Part shown: positions 26,751 through 39,470 of the stretch, piece by piece
Numbering within the stretch: position 1 is the first letter of the stretch
Layout of the letters: every line of letters begins with the position of its first letter
Origin: Camelus dromedarius
Lineage: Eukaryota
Reading direction: 5' to 3'
Assembly (NCBI RefSeq): GCF_036321535.1
Contig: NC_087465.1
Coordinates: 11,222,001 to 11,286,000, forward strand
Length of the DNA: 64,000 nt
Notes under the pieces: generated by a model
The model's input: the letters and a program-made list of their open reading frames with translations, nothing else
Told to the model about the DNA's origin: nothing
Database searches by the model: none
Position numbers and translations under genes: made by a program

Positions 26751-27973
26751 AACTGGTTTTTAACGGTTTCAAACTGTGATTTGCTAGAAGCCAGTAAAAA
26801 TTTCCAGGACCCAAGTAAACTCTGTTGGTTTAAAAAGGCTGAACCTTTTCAGGATCATTCACAGTGTGACGAAGTACCAACTACCCGGTACTGGTCACAG
26901 GCTGGGAGGGGGTCAGACATCCTGCGCTGTGACATTCTTTAGTTGTGGCCTTGTCCGTCCAGTGCATAGGCGGCCTGTGAAGGAGGGCCACCAGACAACA
27001 CAAGAACCAGGCGGCAATCAAGGCTGCAGAAGGTCGGGCAAACTGATCTCTCTAGAAGGTTAAGTCAAGGGACAAAGTTACTGCCAGTGGTCAGGAGACA
27101 GGGAGCAGTCATCAGGTCTAAGCATGAGAATCAGGCCGGACACGGGAAACACGAGGGTCCAGACTGAAGGATCCGAAGCCCCAGCACAGCGAAAGGAACC
27201 TGGGGCCCAGGCCAGGGCTCTTCAACGCATCGTCTTTCATGCTTGCTGCCCGGGAGGGAAGGCCATCTGGATTCAGGATTAAGCTGGGAAGAAGTTCCCT
27301 CTTGTAAGAGAGTGAGAACAGTGTCTGTTGGTAAACCCAGAGATCCCGGGAGAAGACAGGCAGCAGAGACCACGATGGATCAGTTCTAACAGATAATTTG
27401 CAGTTTTAAAAGTAGAGGCAATGTGCCATGATATAGACAACATTGTGCTTGTTTGTAAAAAAAAAAAAAAAAAAATTGCTGGTGAATTATTTTATCTTTT
27501 CTTTTTTTTTCCCCCAGGGGACCATGACTACTGCTTTGATTGAGCATGACCTTTTATTGATAGAAGTCCCCTAGGGTGCAAGTAATGGTACCTAGGAGCC
27601 ATTTAAAACATGTGTACTCACATTTGGCTACAAGAAAGGCACGGTAGGATAGAAGCTCATCATTTCCAAGAGGAGCTATGTGATTTTCCTCTTCAAATAG
27701 AGTTCCAGCTTTTCCACGGGTCAGGTGCACTTCTGTGGGGCTGGGTTATCCAGTTTCCCTTCTTGCTCCTAAAATGATAAGCACGTAATATGTTCTTTGG
27801 AAACAATTTGCATAATATCTGCTCCCTTTAGTTTTTTCTGTCCTGCAGGAGACTATCTACCTAAGAAAAGAAAATAAAGAATTAAACAAGGGTGTTTATG
27901 TTGACCATTCAAACCCACAAGAAGTACACTTTTTCTCAATTTTCAAGTGATTTCAGGTGAAAATTGAAATCTA

Positions 27974-28103
27974 CAGGCTATATACATTGTCACTCAAACA
28001 GGGACAGTTCCGAGAGTGAAAAGGGGGAGCTGTTGATAATTATGCTGGGTGACAGGCAGATAAACCAGGATTAAATTAGGCAAATAGGATGCAGGCTCAC
28101 CCC
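27974..28103 (+). mobile_element. MER94-like hAT-Blackjack MITE
   Basis: caaacagggaca...gagagtgaaaagggggagctgttgataattatgctggg...taaaccagga...ggctcacccc. Confidence 0.7.
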
Positions 28104-28109
28104 ACTCAC

Positions 28110-28790
28110 AAATCAAGAGAAGTAGTTCAGATCTTTCTGTGTATAATAGGAAGGCATCGAAGTGTTTTAAGTAAAGATGACATGATCTAATTTCTATTTT
28201 AGAAGGTTATTCTTGTGGAATGGGAGATGCCAGAGTGGAAGAACAAAACTAGACCTCAGACCTTCAATTTATCAGTTAAGTGATAATAGTGGCTTTGATT
28301 AAATGGTGACAGTGAAAATGGAAAGAAGGGGGAGGGTTTTCAAAATGATAAATGAGGGGAGAAAGAAAAATGAAACCTAGGTTTGTGGCCTGAGGTGGAG
28401 GATGGTGCCAGGAGTTAACGTAGAGACCACCGGAAGAGGAAGGGGTGAGGGCAGAGAAGGAGAGCAGAGCTGTACACTGGACATGTCGGCCTTGACGTGC
28501 CCATGTGACACACAGGTGAACCTACCCATTGTCAGTCAGACAGCAGATCCAGACCTCAGAGGTGATGCCCACACCGTAGATACAGAACTTAGGAATCATC
28601 AGCCTTTAGCTGTCATTTAAAGCCCTTCTTCTATCTGAAATCTTCTAGACACAGGAAACTGAAAAAGGAAAAGAAGGGAGATGGAAGGAGAGATGGAGAG
28701 AAGGAGGGGAGACGAGGGCTCAGGACTGGATGTCGAGGTGCCTTAAATTTTAAAGGCTGACAAAGGTGGAAAAGCCATCAAAGGAAAGTG
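28110..28790 (-). mobile_element. L2 LINE fragments (antisense)
   Basis: gttttaagtaaagatgacatgatctaattt, gtagatacagaacttaggaatcatcagc and similar purine-rich L2 signatures. Confidence 0.65.
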
Positions 28791-30012
28791 ATCAGCATGT
28801 TCGGTCAACAGAGGGCTTGTTTTGTTTGTTTCGATTTTGTGTCTGCTTTTTGAGATGGAGGCACAAGCATGCTGATGGACATGAGCCAGCAGAGAAACAC
28901 AGGCGATGACTTAGGAGACAGGGAAGTAAACTAACATACTTAGAAAAGCAATCGAGTCCCACCAGACTCTGACGCACTGTGGGTCCACTGGATGTCTGCG
29001 TTGCTGGGGCGGGAAGAAGGCTGCATGAGGATGGAGTGGCAGTAATTAGCAGACACATTGCATGTGTCTCTATTCACATACAGTCTCCACTGTTCCTTAC
29101 AAAATACAAGTTCAAATGTAAAATTATTAACAATTGCAAGGTGGCAACAGCAGAGCACCAAGCCAAGAGCTTCTAAGAATGAGGCCCCAGGTAACCGCAC
29201 AGGTCGTGTACTCATGAAGCTGGACTTAAAAACAGATGTGGCCACCCACGGAAAGTACTGGCCATATGGTTCTGAATCGGCCCAAGACATGGCATGGTTG
29301 GAAACCTTTTCTCATCTTTCTTAGGATTCCCATGTGGCTTCAACAAAAATACCAGACACACCTGATGAAAATGTGTAGGCTGAAATACAGCCATAAAATA
29401 TACAGGTCAAAAATACACCACCTACAAGCTGCGTTACAAGGAGTCCATGGTACAGCTTCCTCATAAAATACGGCGTATGACATCTCACAAATATATCTTC
29501 TGTACTTACGGTTTTAGACAAAATAAAAACAATATCTTGCATGGCACTCACATGATAATTAAATGGTCTTAATTTTTTAAATGAGCATTTTTATGTCTCA
29601 TCTTTATTTCATGGGCAGAAAGCTCATCCAGACGGTCAGCTTCCACGCTGGACACCTGGGAGCCCTAACCTTTTCCTTCATGACCCTGCTGTTCTGTTTC
29701 AGCAATTTCGAAGTATGCGTCAGCCACCAACGGTTTGCCCAGCCAGCCCCATCTGTGTTGTGGTTTCTGAAGTTCTTCCCAGTGTCCGGCCATTCATCTT
29801 CTGATATTCCTAGTTTCCAGCGTTGCTGGACCTCTGCGTCAGTTTTTATGCTTCCAAGACTATTCAGTGGGAGGGGCAGGAAGGGCAAATCAGCGAGCTG
29901 CCTCTGGTGCCAATAAATCCACCTGCTATGTTGTCATATAAAAACAAAGTCACGGATTTTCTGGGGTCAAATAAAACGCACACTGCATACTCCGTTAGAA
30001 TACTGATTTGCT

Positions 30013-30036
30013 ACACACACACACACACACACACAC
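30013..30036. repeat. (AC)12 microsatellite
   Basis: Directly visible. Confidence 0.95.
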
Positions 30037-30169
30037 CACGCACACAAATTGGATCTCACGCGTGTGGGTGACACTGACTCAAGGATACAATGAGGATTAT
30101 GCTCAAGTCACCAACCTCACCAGCCGCTACTGTGTGTTGGTTCTACAGTAGGAGTTAAATTCCCTGCTG

Positions 30170-30815
30170 TAACGCAATAAGACACAAATATATTAAAACA
30201 TAGCGTGCCAGGAGTTGGAAGTGTTATTAAAAATTAAACAGGGGTGAGGGTTAGAGGGGATTATGGGAGGCGGGGTGCTCTTTTAGGTAGAGTCACCATG
30301 GACATCCATTCTGAAGGGGTGGCATTAGAGAAGAGACTGGAAGGAAGTGAGGAAGCAGGCACAGAGGCATCTAGGGGGAATGAGCTCAGAGGGAAAGAGG
30401 GCAAAGGATCGGAGGCAGGAGCTCAAGTGTCTGAGGAAGAATGAGGAAGCCAGCGGCCCTGGAGGACAGTAGGAGGAGATGGGGTTTGAGGTTTCTTTCC
30501 ATTGTGATTAAGATAAGAATCCATTGGAATATTCACAGCAAGGAGAGGTGTGATCTATTCCTCCTGAGTGAATGGGAGGCCAAGGGCTGAGGCAGGGGGA
30601 CCACCAGGAGAAAGCTGCTGCAGTGGACCAGGAGAAAGACGATGGGAGCTGGTACCAGGGCAGCGGTGGGGGCGACAGTGAGGTGTGGTCAGATTTGGGA
30701 TGTCACCTGTTGGATTTTCTGATAAATTAGATTTGAGGTCTGGGTGAAAGAGAACTGTCAAGGATGACACCAAGTTTTCAGTCCAAAGAACTAGACGAAT
30801 AGAATCACCAACTAC
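30170..30815 (-). mobile_element. L2 LINE fragment (antisense)
   Basis: gagaagagactggaaggaagtgaggaagcaggc ... aactgtcaaggatgacaccaagtttt ... gaatagaatcacc. Confidence 0.8.
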
Positions 30816-31192
30816 TGTAATTGTACAATTTTTCCTCCTATATCAAGAAATTATGTCATAATGTGAGTGAGCATTTGGTATGATGATAATGGACAACTTG
30901 AAGTTAATTCTAATTTACAAGATAAAAAGCATTTTAAAATTTTTATTTTCTTGACTATGAAGCAATAAAGTACACATAATATACCTCACCGTTGACAGTT
31001 GTCACCCCAGTGGACATAACTCCACATTTAGGTTTTTCTGCATGTTCTTTTATTCAAAGACTTAAAGAATAAACAGGCATTCTGTGTTTCCCAAATGCAA
31101 ACTTATTTTAAGCTATTGTTTTAACTGGAAACTAGTTTGGAGAACACTGAGTGTGTTTTTGTAAAGATACATAATCAGCCGAGATTTATGAA

Positions 31193-31300
31193 TAGAGTGA
31201 TCCTGTGATTCATCATCCAAACGGACATTTTTAAGTATGAAAGCGGGTGTCATAAGAATTACACTGTAATACTGGACATAAACAAGGATGGTCGCAGGCA
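31193..31300 (+). mobile_element. MER94-like hAT-Blackjack MITE
   Basis: tagagtga...catccaaacggacattttt...tgaaagcgggtgtcataagaattacac. Confidence 0.55.
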
Positions 31301-32089
31301 GTCTGGTTAAGGAGTGTGGGCAGAATAGACCCAGGAGCTAACGAGGTGGTAAGTCGGTTCCAAAAGGGTGATCTGCTGCAGGGGCCGAGGTGTGTGACAA
31401 GCCAGACTTGGTCCTGGCTGGTTTTGCAGCATGAGGTGATTTACCGTAACGGTGGGGCCCGGCCAAAGAGTCTCTAAGCGGAGGCAGTCGTGAAGATCGG
31501 ATGGCAGGAGAACTGTCTGGTTCGGTGCAATACGGCGTGGAGCAGAGAGAAAGGAAACTGTGATATCAGCATCTAGCTAAGAAAGCTAAGATCCAGGACA
31601 AGGCTGCGTCCCAGCCGCGGTCAGGGAACCCGAGAAGAAGTGCAGTCCCGGCCGCTGTGCACCCGAGGGTTGCAGCCCCGTGAGGAGCCCCCCATGTGGC
31701 CTAAGGCATTTAAATTGTCCCAAACCTCACCTAGTTATGGGAGGTGGTGACATTCTTAGTGCTCTATTTTCCAAGTCTCGAGGAACCTTGAGAAAGATGG
31801 AGGCTCGAAGAGGAATAATGCCGGAAAGAGACCCACCATCTACACCATTCTACACGCAAGGAAATAACAAGACGTGGATACATACCTATGAAACGTCAAA
31901 GGCTGCCATCAAAGGGCAGTTAAAATTGGTGTTATGATTTTCAAACAAACAAAAAGCATAGAGAAAAAAATAACACCAATCAGTTTTGCCAAATATATAG
32001 AGGTACATTTTGCAGTGTTTGCTTTAAATCGCTTATTTGCCTCTAAGAAGTAAGACATGACAGAATGCAGCTAAATTCCGCTGTTTATC

Positions 32090-32379
32090 CACCCCAACCC
32101 ATCATATTTCCCTTCCTCCCGGCCCAGATGTAACCGCTATCCAGAACTGGACGTTGCTTGTTCCCATGCACATTTTTTATGCTAAGTATGAATTATACAT
32201 TAAAATACACTAGTTTTGTACAAGTTTTAAAACTCTATTTAAATCATGTCATATTATTTGTAGTACTCTGCAACTTGTTCATTCTTACCACATTATGTTT
32301 TTGAGTTATATCCATTTTGATGACATAACTCTCATTTATTATTTCAATATCTGAAAGTTCATTGTATGAGTACACCAGA

Positions 32380-32426
<47 letters not shown>

Positions 32427-32545
32427 TAGATGAGAGCTAGATATAAAAACTATTGTTCTGTCATTGGCTGTTTAGGTTGTTTCTAATTATTCGCTATTAC
32501 AAAGAATATTGCAATGAAGATGTCTTCATGGTTCTCCTTGTGCCC
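32090..32545 (-). mobile_element. Old L1 (L1ME-like) 3' region
   Basis: cccagatgtaaccgctatcc, ctctgcaacttgttc...cacattatgtttttgagttatatccatttt, ggctgtttaggttgtttctaatt...gctattacaaagaat. Confidence 0.7.
32382..32424. repeat. (AC)21 microsatellite
   Basis: Directly visible. Confidence 0.95.
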
Positions 32546-32549
32546 CCAG

Positions 32550-33182
32550 GAGAGGTTTTCTTAAGCAATATTTCCTGATGGGGCAGGATGGCCCCCAGGA
32601 GACCATTCAACATTTTGTTGGGATTTTGGTTGTCACAATGATTGGGTGGCACTTCTGCCATTTCCTGGGCTGAAACCGAGAGAGCTCAAACTTGTTCCAT
32701 ATCCTCGAGCAGGACTTTTGTGTAAATGAAAAACCCGTTTATAAGTAATCCGTGCCTAGAACCTTACTCCACGGCATACGTATAACTTTTCTGGGTGTTC
32801 CATAGAACTGCTGTGTAAAGTGAGGAAAGGTTATGTTTTGTTCACGGCCTCATTCATAGTTGCTTGCCATTTCGGAGAATTACGTCACCCACAGTAACGT
32901 AACTTTTGAGCAGCCAAAACAGCAGCCTGTGTTTTTAAATGTCCCGTTCACAGCATGGAGGAAGGCACGCACCGCCTCATTATTTCTTTCGGTTTAGTGG
33001 TTCCCAAGCACGTACCTAATGAAATACACATTTTACTGTGTGACTTTAATTGTCCTTTACGTTTACGTAATAGCATTGTATTCACTTTTATCTGGAATCA
33101 AAAAGAGGATGAGGCTGAGGGTGCTACAGAATGTTTGTTACAAGAAGACAGCGTTGGATCTGACAGGCAGAGAGTCATTACC
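32550..33182 (+). mobile_element. MER20B-like hAT-Charlie element
   Basis: ggccccaggagacc...ttttggttgtcacaatgattggg start and gggtgctacagaatgtttgttacaagaagacagcgttggatctgacagg end. Confidence 0.7.
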
Positions 33183-33469
33183 ACAGTGTCTATGCCGCAC
33201 CGTAACTACCAAGGACACCCTTGGCCTTACTGTTCTTTACCAAGTTTCCTTCTAGGGGGGTTCTGCTGGTTTTTTGTTTCGTTTTTAGTACTTATTTATT
33301 TGTTTGTTTGTTTTCTTCCAGTTGTCTTGAGACACAGTTGACCAGCAGCCCTGCGTGAGGTTAAGGTGTGCAGCGTAATGAAGTTTGGTGACTCTGTCTT
33401 CTCGTATAGACACAAAAGAAAAGGAAAAGAAAGAATGTTTTTTCCTTAGAATGAGAACTTACTCTCTTG

Positions 33470-33750
33470 ACAATTTTCTTATCTAACATACAGCAGTGTT
33501 CATGGTATTAATAACGTTGTACATGACCTCCCTGGTACTAACTTATCTTCTAACTGGAAATGTGTACCTTTAGACCCCCTTCATCCAGTCCCCTCCCACC
33601 CCCGCTGCTGGGAACCACACATCTGATCTCTCTTTCTGTGAGTTTAGGTGCTTGTTTGTTGAGGAGTAGCTGACCTACAACCCTACTTTAGTTCCTGGTG
33701 CACAACCCAGTGATTCGACATCTCCATAAATTACAACACGATCACCACCG
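33470..33750 (-). mobile_element. Laurasiatherian L1 3' UTR fragment
   Basis: actggaaatgtgtacctttagaccc...gggaaccacacatctgatctctctttctgtgagttt...gttcctggtgcacaacccagtgattc. Confidence 0.75.
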
Positions 33751-33829
33751 GGAGCTGGGCTGGTTGACAACCCCACCAGCAGAGGTTGAGATCTTTGTTC
33801 CATAGGCTTGACAACTCCTGCATTGCCAC

Positions 33830-34870
33830 TTTCTAGAAATTACTGCCTACCTAATGGGGACGACATACACTCTGATGTTGGTTAACTTGCATTTCCCTGA
33901 TACCAGCAAGGCTGAAAATCAATGACATATGTTTGTGAGCCTCTCGGGGTTCTTCGTCTGAGAATCTCTGGTTCACATCATTCACCCACTTTTCTCCAAC
34001 TGTTTTTATACATTCCAGACCTAAGCGTTTTTTCATTATATGCTTTACTAATGTCCACCACTCGCTGGAACATCTTTTCACTTTGATTCGGATGGCTTTT
34101 ATTCTATGCAAGTTTTTCATTTTAATGAAAACAGATTCATCAAAATACTTCTTTTTCTGTCTCCTTTTTTTAAATCTTTTTTTACTTCAAGATTAAATTT
34201 CTACCCAAAGCATTAACACTTTGCTTTGTACATACATGTCTTGAAGTGGCCTGGGGTTTATTTTTGTGATTAGGATGAGGTAGGAATCTAATTGTTTCCT
34301 GATAAAATAAATAACTCTCCCCAGCATTATGTATTGAATCATCCATCCTTCCCCATTTGTAATACTTCTCCTGTCAAACATACACAGATCTGTTCCTGAA
34401 CCCTCTCTTCTGTTGATGAGTTTGTTTTTCTAGTCCAGAAACAATACCACCATCTTATTTGGTTCAGCTTTATAACACTTCTCGGTACTTGGCAGGACAA
34501 ATTCCCCTGCTGGTTCTATGACCCATCTTCAAAATTATATAAGCTCTTCTTAATTCTTTGTTTTTCCATATGAATGTTAAGGTCTGCTGGTCACGTTCCA
34601 TGGGAAATCTGTAGGAAACTTCATTGGAAATGATAAATTTGGAGAAAAGTGACATCTTTGTAAAACTAAGCTGTTCCATCTATACATTTGTACCCCTTTC
34701 CCTTCAATCAAGTCTTCATTTACATTGTGGCAGGTTCTGCTACTTGCCTTCCCAACAAAAGTCTTTCTTCTCTTCCTTAGTAACAAAATAGAAATATTTT
34801 TTAGAGACGACACCAAGTCTAGGCTCAGGTGATGAACACCTGGTTGACGTTCACCCAGTGTCACCTACCT
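33830..34870 (-). mobile_element. Old L1 with ORF2 C-terminal remnant
   Basis: Antisense translation 34470-34679 (TLTFIWKNKELRRAYIILK) resembles L1 ORF2 ILKFIWN.KR.RIAK.IL; multiple stops and frameshifts. Confidence 0.8.
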
Positions 34871-34926
34871 ACTCTCATCACCCCGTGGTCCACCATTTAG
34901 TAACCACAGCAAAATAAAGGTCTATA

Positions 34927-35140
34927 CAGGGGTCAGCAAACGATGGACCACAGGCCAGATCTCTCCCACTTTCTGTTTCTGTAGAGAAGCTTTTCTTGGA
35001 ACACAGCCATGCCCATCTATTTACAAGTTGTCTATATCTATGTCACACCATAGCAACAAATGTGACCAGTTGCATCAGAGTCTGACCAGAGGCCACCGAA
35101 GCCTATCTCGCCGTTTTATGGAAGAAGTTTGCCAACCCCG
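34927..35140 (+). mobile_element. MER58A hAT-Charlie MITE
   Basis: TIRs caggggtcagcaaac / gtttgccaaccccg and internal ttggaacacagccatgcccat. Confidence 0.85.
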
Positions 35141-35299
35141 GGCTTAGAGAGCATCCATAGTCAGATCTTGGCTTGGCTGGTTCTAGCCTTTTTTCCAGAT
35201 GCTTGATGTTCCATTCTTTTTGCATCTTAAAGTATCCATGGGGCCCAAGGTTGGCTGAACTCTTCTGGAAAGACTTAAATTCCTGACAAAGGCGATGAC

Positions 35300-35460
35300 T
35301 GTAAAAGAAAAGCTTGCTACCACCAACTCTTCCACCTTTTTTCTGCCTCATCTATGGACTTGATGCCTGGAATTTTGAGAGCAATCTTGTAGTCTGGGCA
35401 ACTGTTACTGAGGGAAGGATGGAGGGCAGGCAATGAGCTGAGAATGGCAGACAGAGACAG
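35300..35460 (+). mobile_element. Old MaLR LTR fragment (MLT1K-like)
   Basis: gatgcctggaattttgagagcaatcttg...gagggaagg...tgagctgagaatggcagac. Confidence 0.4.
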
Positions 35461-35464
35461 CTTC

Positions 35465-36428
35465 AGAATTTCCAGGTCCCCTCGTTCAAAAAGCAAGGAT
35501 AAAGTGCCATTAAAGGTACTAAAATATAAAGCTTTTCCCTTTCTTCCATGTCTCTCTCTTGATTTGCCATGATATTTTTAATTTGCGGTTTAATAGAATT
35601 CTCAGTTAAAAAAAAAAATTTAAAACCTCAGATGGTTAGCATGAATTTTACCATTTTCTTTATATCATGCAATGCCAGTTTTAAATGCATGTGTAAAAGT
35701 ATTCAACTCATTTGCAGAATCCTGAAATTACAGAATTTCTATTTCGTAGCTTGGACATGCATATGTATTTCATTCTTATCAGGACAGTAGAAATGCTGCA
35801 CAAGATTAACTTGACTGCATTTATTGTGTGTCTAGAATTGCACACATTCAACCAACACCCTCTACATTGGACTTAGTGATAAGTAAGGAAGGACTGAAAG
35901 GGGAAGATACCATGGGTTGCCTTATCTTTCCCTTTTCTTCTCTATGTCATCGTTTCCAGTATAATGAAATGGTGGTATAGGGAAGTGACCTAAGTAAGAG
36001 AGGACATGAGAGGGATCCGTGTGTCTGTGTCTCTTAGAACGTCATTGCCTCCTTTCTGTATCGGAAGTAAGGTCTGGTTTGAATGGAAAATGCAGCCTCT
36101 CTGGGCTGTTATCTCCCCGACTTAGCTGTAAGACGCCTAAATGGTACTTGCTTTGAGTCTGTGAATGCCCGTCCAGCTTGGGTCAACCAGAGGTAGGATG
36201 TCACAAAGGCGATGTGCTGGAATGAGACATACAAGGTACCCTTATTTCCTCTGCTCAAACACATGTCCTGTTGGCCCACTGGACATCATTTACTAAACAC
36301 AAATGCAAACAGAAAATTATCAAGATTTTCCAAAGACAGAACAGCAGAGCACTCAATCAAGCACAGAACCCTTCTGAGTGTGGAGCCCTGTGCGACTTTA
36401 CAGATCACGTGCCCACGAACCAGCCCTG
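35465..36428 (-). mobile_element. MER45B/C-like hAT-Tip100 element
   Basis: Terminus gccctgtgcgact...gcccacgaaccagccctg is the reverse complement of the MER45 5' end; internal sequence similar to the copy at 39768-40684. Confidence 0.8.
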
Positions 36429-36549
36429 ATGGCTGAGCAAACAGGCACGAAGGGCCCAGAACAAGTGAATGTTGTTGAGATGCCAAAACTACCTTCAGAC
36501 TGTTTCTTAACTAAACAATAAATGTCCTCATGACTTAAGTCTGATTTTC

Positions 36550-37700
36550 TTTTTCTCACAACTGAAACCACTCCATGTCTTTTGTTAGATTCACTCGTAG
36601 GCCCATAAGAGTTTTTATTGCTATTATAAACTGTAGCATTACAAACTATATTTTCTGATTATTTATGGCCATGGTAGGTTAACACAATTGATTTTTGTAT
36701 ACTAGTATTTTATTCAGAATCTTTGTCAAGTTTGCTTATGAGTTCTAATAAGATTGTCTTGGATTTTCTTAGATCCCTCTTGGGTTTTAATCACAAATAT
36801 GTAAATATTGAAAGTGTTGCTTTGTTTTTCCAATTTTTATGCCTTTTTTCCTGGTCTTACTACAACTAGCTTATACCTCCAGTATAACGATGAGCAATAT
36901 TCCAGCTCTTGTTCCTGACTTCAAAAGAAATTCTTCTATTCATCATTAAATGTGCTACTTGCTGTAGAATTTTGATGAATCCTTTTTATCAAGTAAAAGA
37001 AATTCACTGCTATTTCTATTTGACAGAGTTTTTATAATGAAAGGAAGCAGAGTTTTATCAGATGATTTTTCTGCGTCTATTGAAATAATCCAGTGTTTAG
37101 CATCATTTAATATTTAATGCAGAGAATTCCATCAAGAAATTCTTTAATGTTAAGCCTTCTTTATATTCCTGAGCTAAACTCAACCTGATTATGAAGCATT
37201 ACTGTATTATATACACACACTCAGATACACATCCATGCACAAACATGAATAGATGAATCTAATTTGAACATCTATTTCATGAATGTTATTGGATCATAAT
37301 TTTCCTTTCTTGTTCTGTTCTTGTCTGGTTTTGTTATTAAGGTTATATTAGCCTCATAAAAAGAGATGGGAAGCATTCCCTCTTTGTTTATTCTCCTTAT
37401 TTATTCAGTAATGCGTATGTTTAACAAATATTTATTTATAACATGCTGCAGGAAATGCACCTATAAACGACCTGGATCTTGAGTGAGCTTTTTCCTTAGT
37501 TGGTTTTCTTGTTGTTGTTACTTTGCTGTTGCTGTTGAATTTTTAACCACTGATCCAGTATGGTTTATTTCTTCTTGATCCAATAACAGTAAGTTATATT
37601 TTTTCCCCAGTAATTTTCCATTTCATTTAAGTTTTTAACTGTATAAATAAGGTCCCTCGTAAATCCATCACAACAATGAATACATGTCATATGTGTATCA
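36550..37700 (-). mobile_element. Old L1 (L1M) ORF2 region, antisense
   Basis: aattgatttttgtatact, cttgttcctgacttcaaaagaaa, tttatcaagtaaaagaaattc, ttttctgcgtctattgaaataatc, ggttatattagcctcataaaa. Confidence 0.8.
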
Positions 37701-37759
37701 GCTTATAAATGTATATTTATTGGGGTCCATGTTTGTCCAGTGTTGATCCAATGTTGATT

Positions 37760-37870
37760 ATAAACACCTTCAGGCCAGGCACTAGATCTAGTCTCCTCTC
37801 TATGCCTGGAATCTAGTACATGGTAGATGCTCATGTACCATTTGTTGAGTGAGCAGGTGAACAAATGAAT
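37760..37870 (+). mobile_element. L2 3' tail
   Basis: tacatggtagatgctca...tttgttgagtgagcaggtgaacaaatgaatg. Confidence 0.6.
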
Positions 37871-37933
37871 GTCTACATATAGAAATCTATGGAAAGCTTT
37901 TCTGTCTCCAGTTCACGTGCTGTTCTGCTATAC

Positions 37934-38067
37934 TTTTTTTTTTTTTTGAGGGGGGAGGTAATTAGGCTTATTCATTTATTTCATTTTAGAGGAGGTACTG
38001 GGGCTTGAACCCAGGACCCCGTGCATACTAAGCATGCGCTCTACCACTTGAGCTGTACCCTCCCCCC
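37934..38067 (-). mobile_element. Camelid tRNA-Ala-derived SINE (vic-1 type), full length with TSD
   Basis: Reverse strand ggggagggtacagctcaagtggtagagcgcatgcttagtatgcac...gggttcaagcccc...cctaattacctcccc-polyA; flanked by gctata(c/t)tttt at 37927 and 38068. Confidence 0.92.
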
Positions 38068-39354
38068 GCTATATTTTTCTATTTCTATTATTTACCATCT
38101 TGTGTTACAATGCAGGAATTAAAACAACTAATTTGAGTAGCAGATTTAGGAAGATTTTGTTTCATTTCAAGAATAGTTCAAACTCACTTTAAACAACCAT
38201 TTTATCACTTTATGTAATTTTTAATATTTTTAATGACCACTCAGTACTCTAAAACCAGATTTCACTGCAACACGTTCTGAAAGTTTTCTTCCTTTCATGA
38301 AAATTAAACCTTCCTAACCAAGTAACAGTTGCTAAGGGATTTGGAATGGAGATTAGCATAGATTTGGGTAGCACAAATGATCCTTTGTGCATGGTAAACA
38401 GTCTACTTTTCATTTTAAAAATTAATATCCTTTTCTGTGATGCTCACTAAGACTAGTTTGAAAATAAGCTAAATATAATCTTCTTCTTTTTAATTTCCAC
38501 AAGTCCAGCACCACTTGATCTGATTATGAAATGTCATAAACTCAAGTTTACCGTCTGAGAGCGTAGCGCCTCTGTGTCCTTATGCTGACAGAGTCTTAGG
38601 CAATCGGTAAACTTCTATCTCTTCCAGGAGTGTCTGAAAATACACTTAGGGACAAGCAGTCCAAAAAAATCTTAATAGAGAAATATTTTAATTTTGTTGC
38701 CTTGGAATTTTGAAAATTACTCAAAAAAAAATTTTTTTTGGTCTATCATTTTGTTTTATAGTTTCCCACACCCTCTACCAATTTCCTTCACTTTCGATCC
38801 TTATCCCCTTTTCCAAAAGAAGCATCTTCACTATCCTTATTCTCACTGACTGCAGATGTGTTGATACTTGCCCAGGCCCAGATGCAGCTGGGGGAGTCCT
38901 ACCCGGCTGCTTCTGCTCCGGTCTTCCAACAAAGAAGTCAGCTTCAGGACCAGGTCACCCATGGTGCACGGCCCATGTCTTCTCTCGGGGACAAATTTCC
39001 TAGGGTTCATTGAATACCTCTGACTCTCCTCATGCTCTGGGGATCTTCCAAGCTCATAACAAATCTCCAAATCAACAACTTGACTTTACCAGTAAGATCT
39101 TTTAACAATGCTCCTCAAAAACTGTTTTACTGTAGCCACAAAGGACAAGATGTGAGCTGTGGAACTTCACAGTGTTAACCAAGAGACAATAAAGCGATCT
39201 CAAGATGCAGAGTGAGAACTAAGAACCCACAGCAAAAACACTGGTCAAGATGAATTGTTGATCAGATAGCACTTAATTTATCACCTGAATGCATAAATAT
39301 TTAAGGAAGAGTAATCTTAAATATTAAAAACCTGAAACTCTGTAAACTTGGTGA

Positions 39355-39470
39355 TTAATTCAGCAGTATTTATGGAGCATCTGCTATATGGTTAGCATTC
39401 TAGTAATTCTTGGGAGGGCTACAAAAATTATGCTTTTATGGAGTTTATGATCTATTGAGAGTGATAAGAT
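39355..39470 (-). mobile_element. L2 3' tail (antisense)
   Basis: attcagcagtatttatggagcatctgctatatg ... ttttatggagtttatgatct. Confidence 0.6.

Noticed and set aside
26860-27380. Purine-rich segment reminiscent of an ancient LTR (LTR78/LTR85-like)
   Set aside because: The similarity is too weak to assign a family by eye and needs a Dfam search.
27518-27545. Strong acceptor followed by DHDYC (HCF-1-binding-like motif)
   Set aside because: A stop follows two codons later and there is no supporting context, so it is probably chance.
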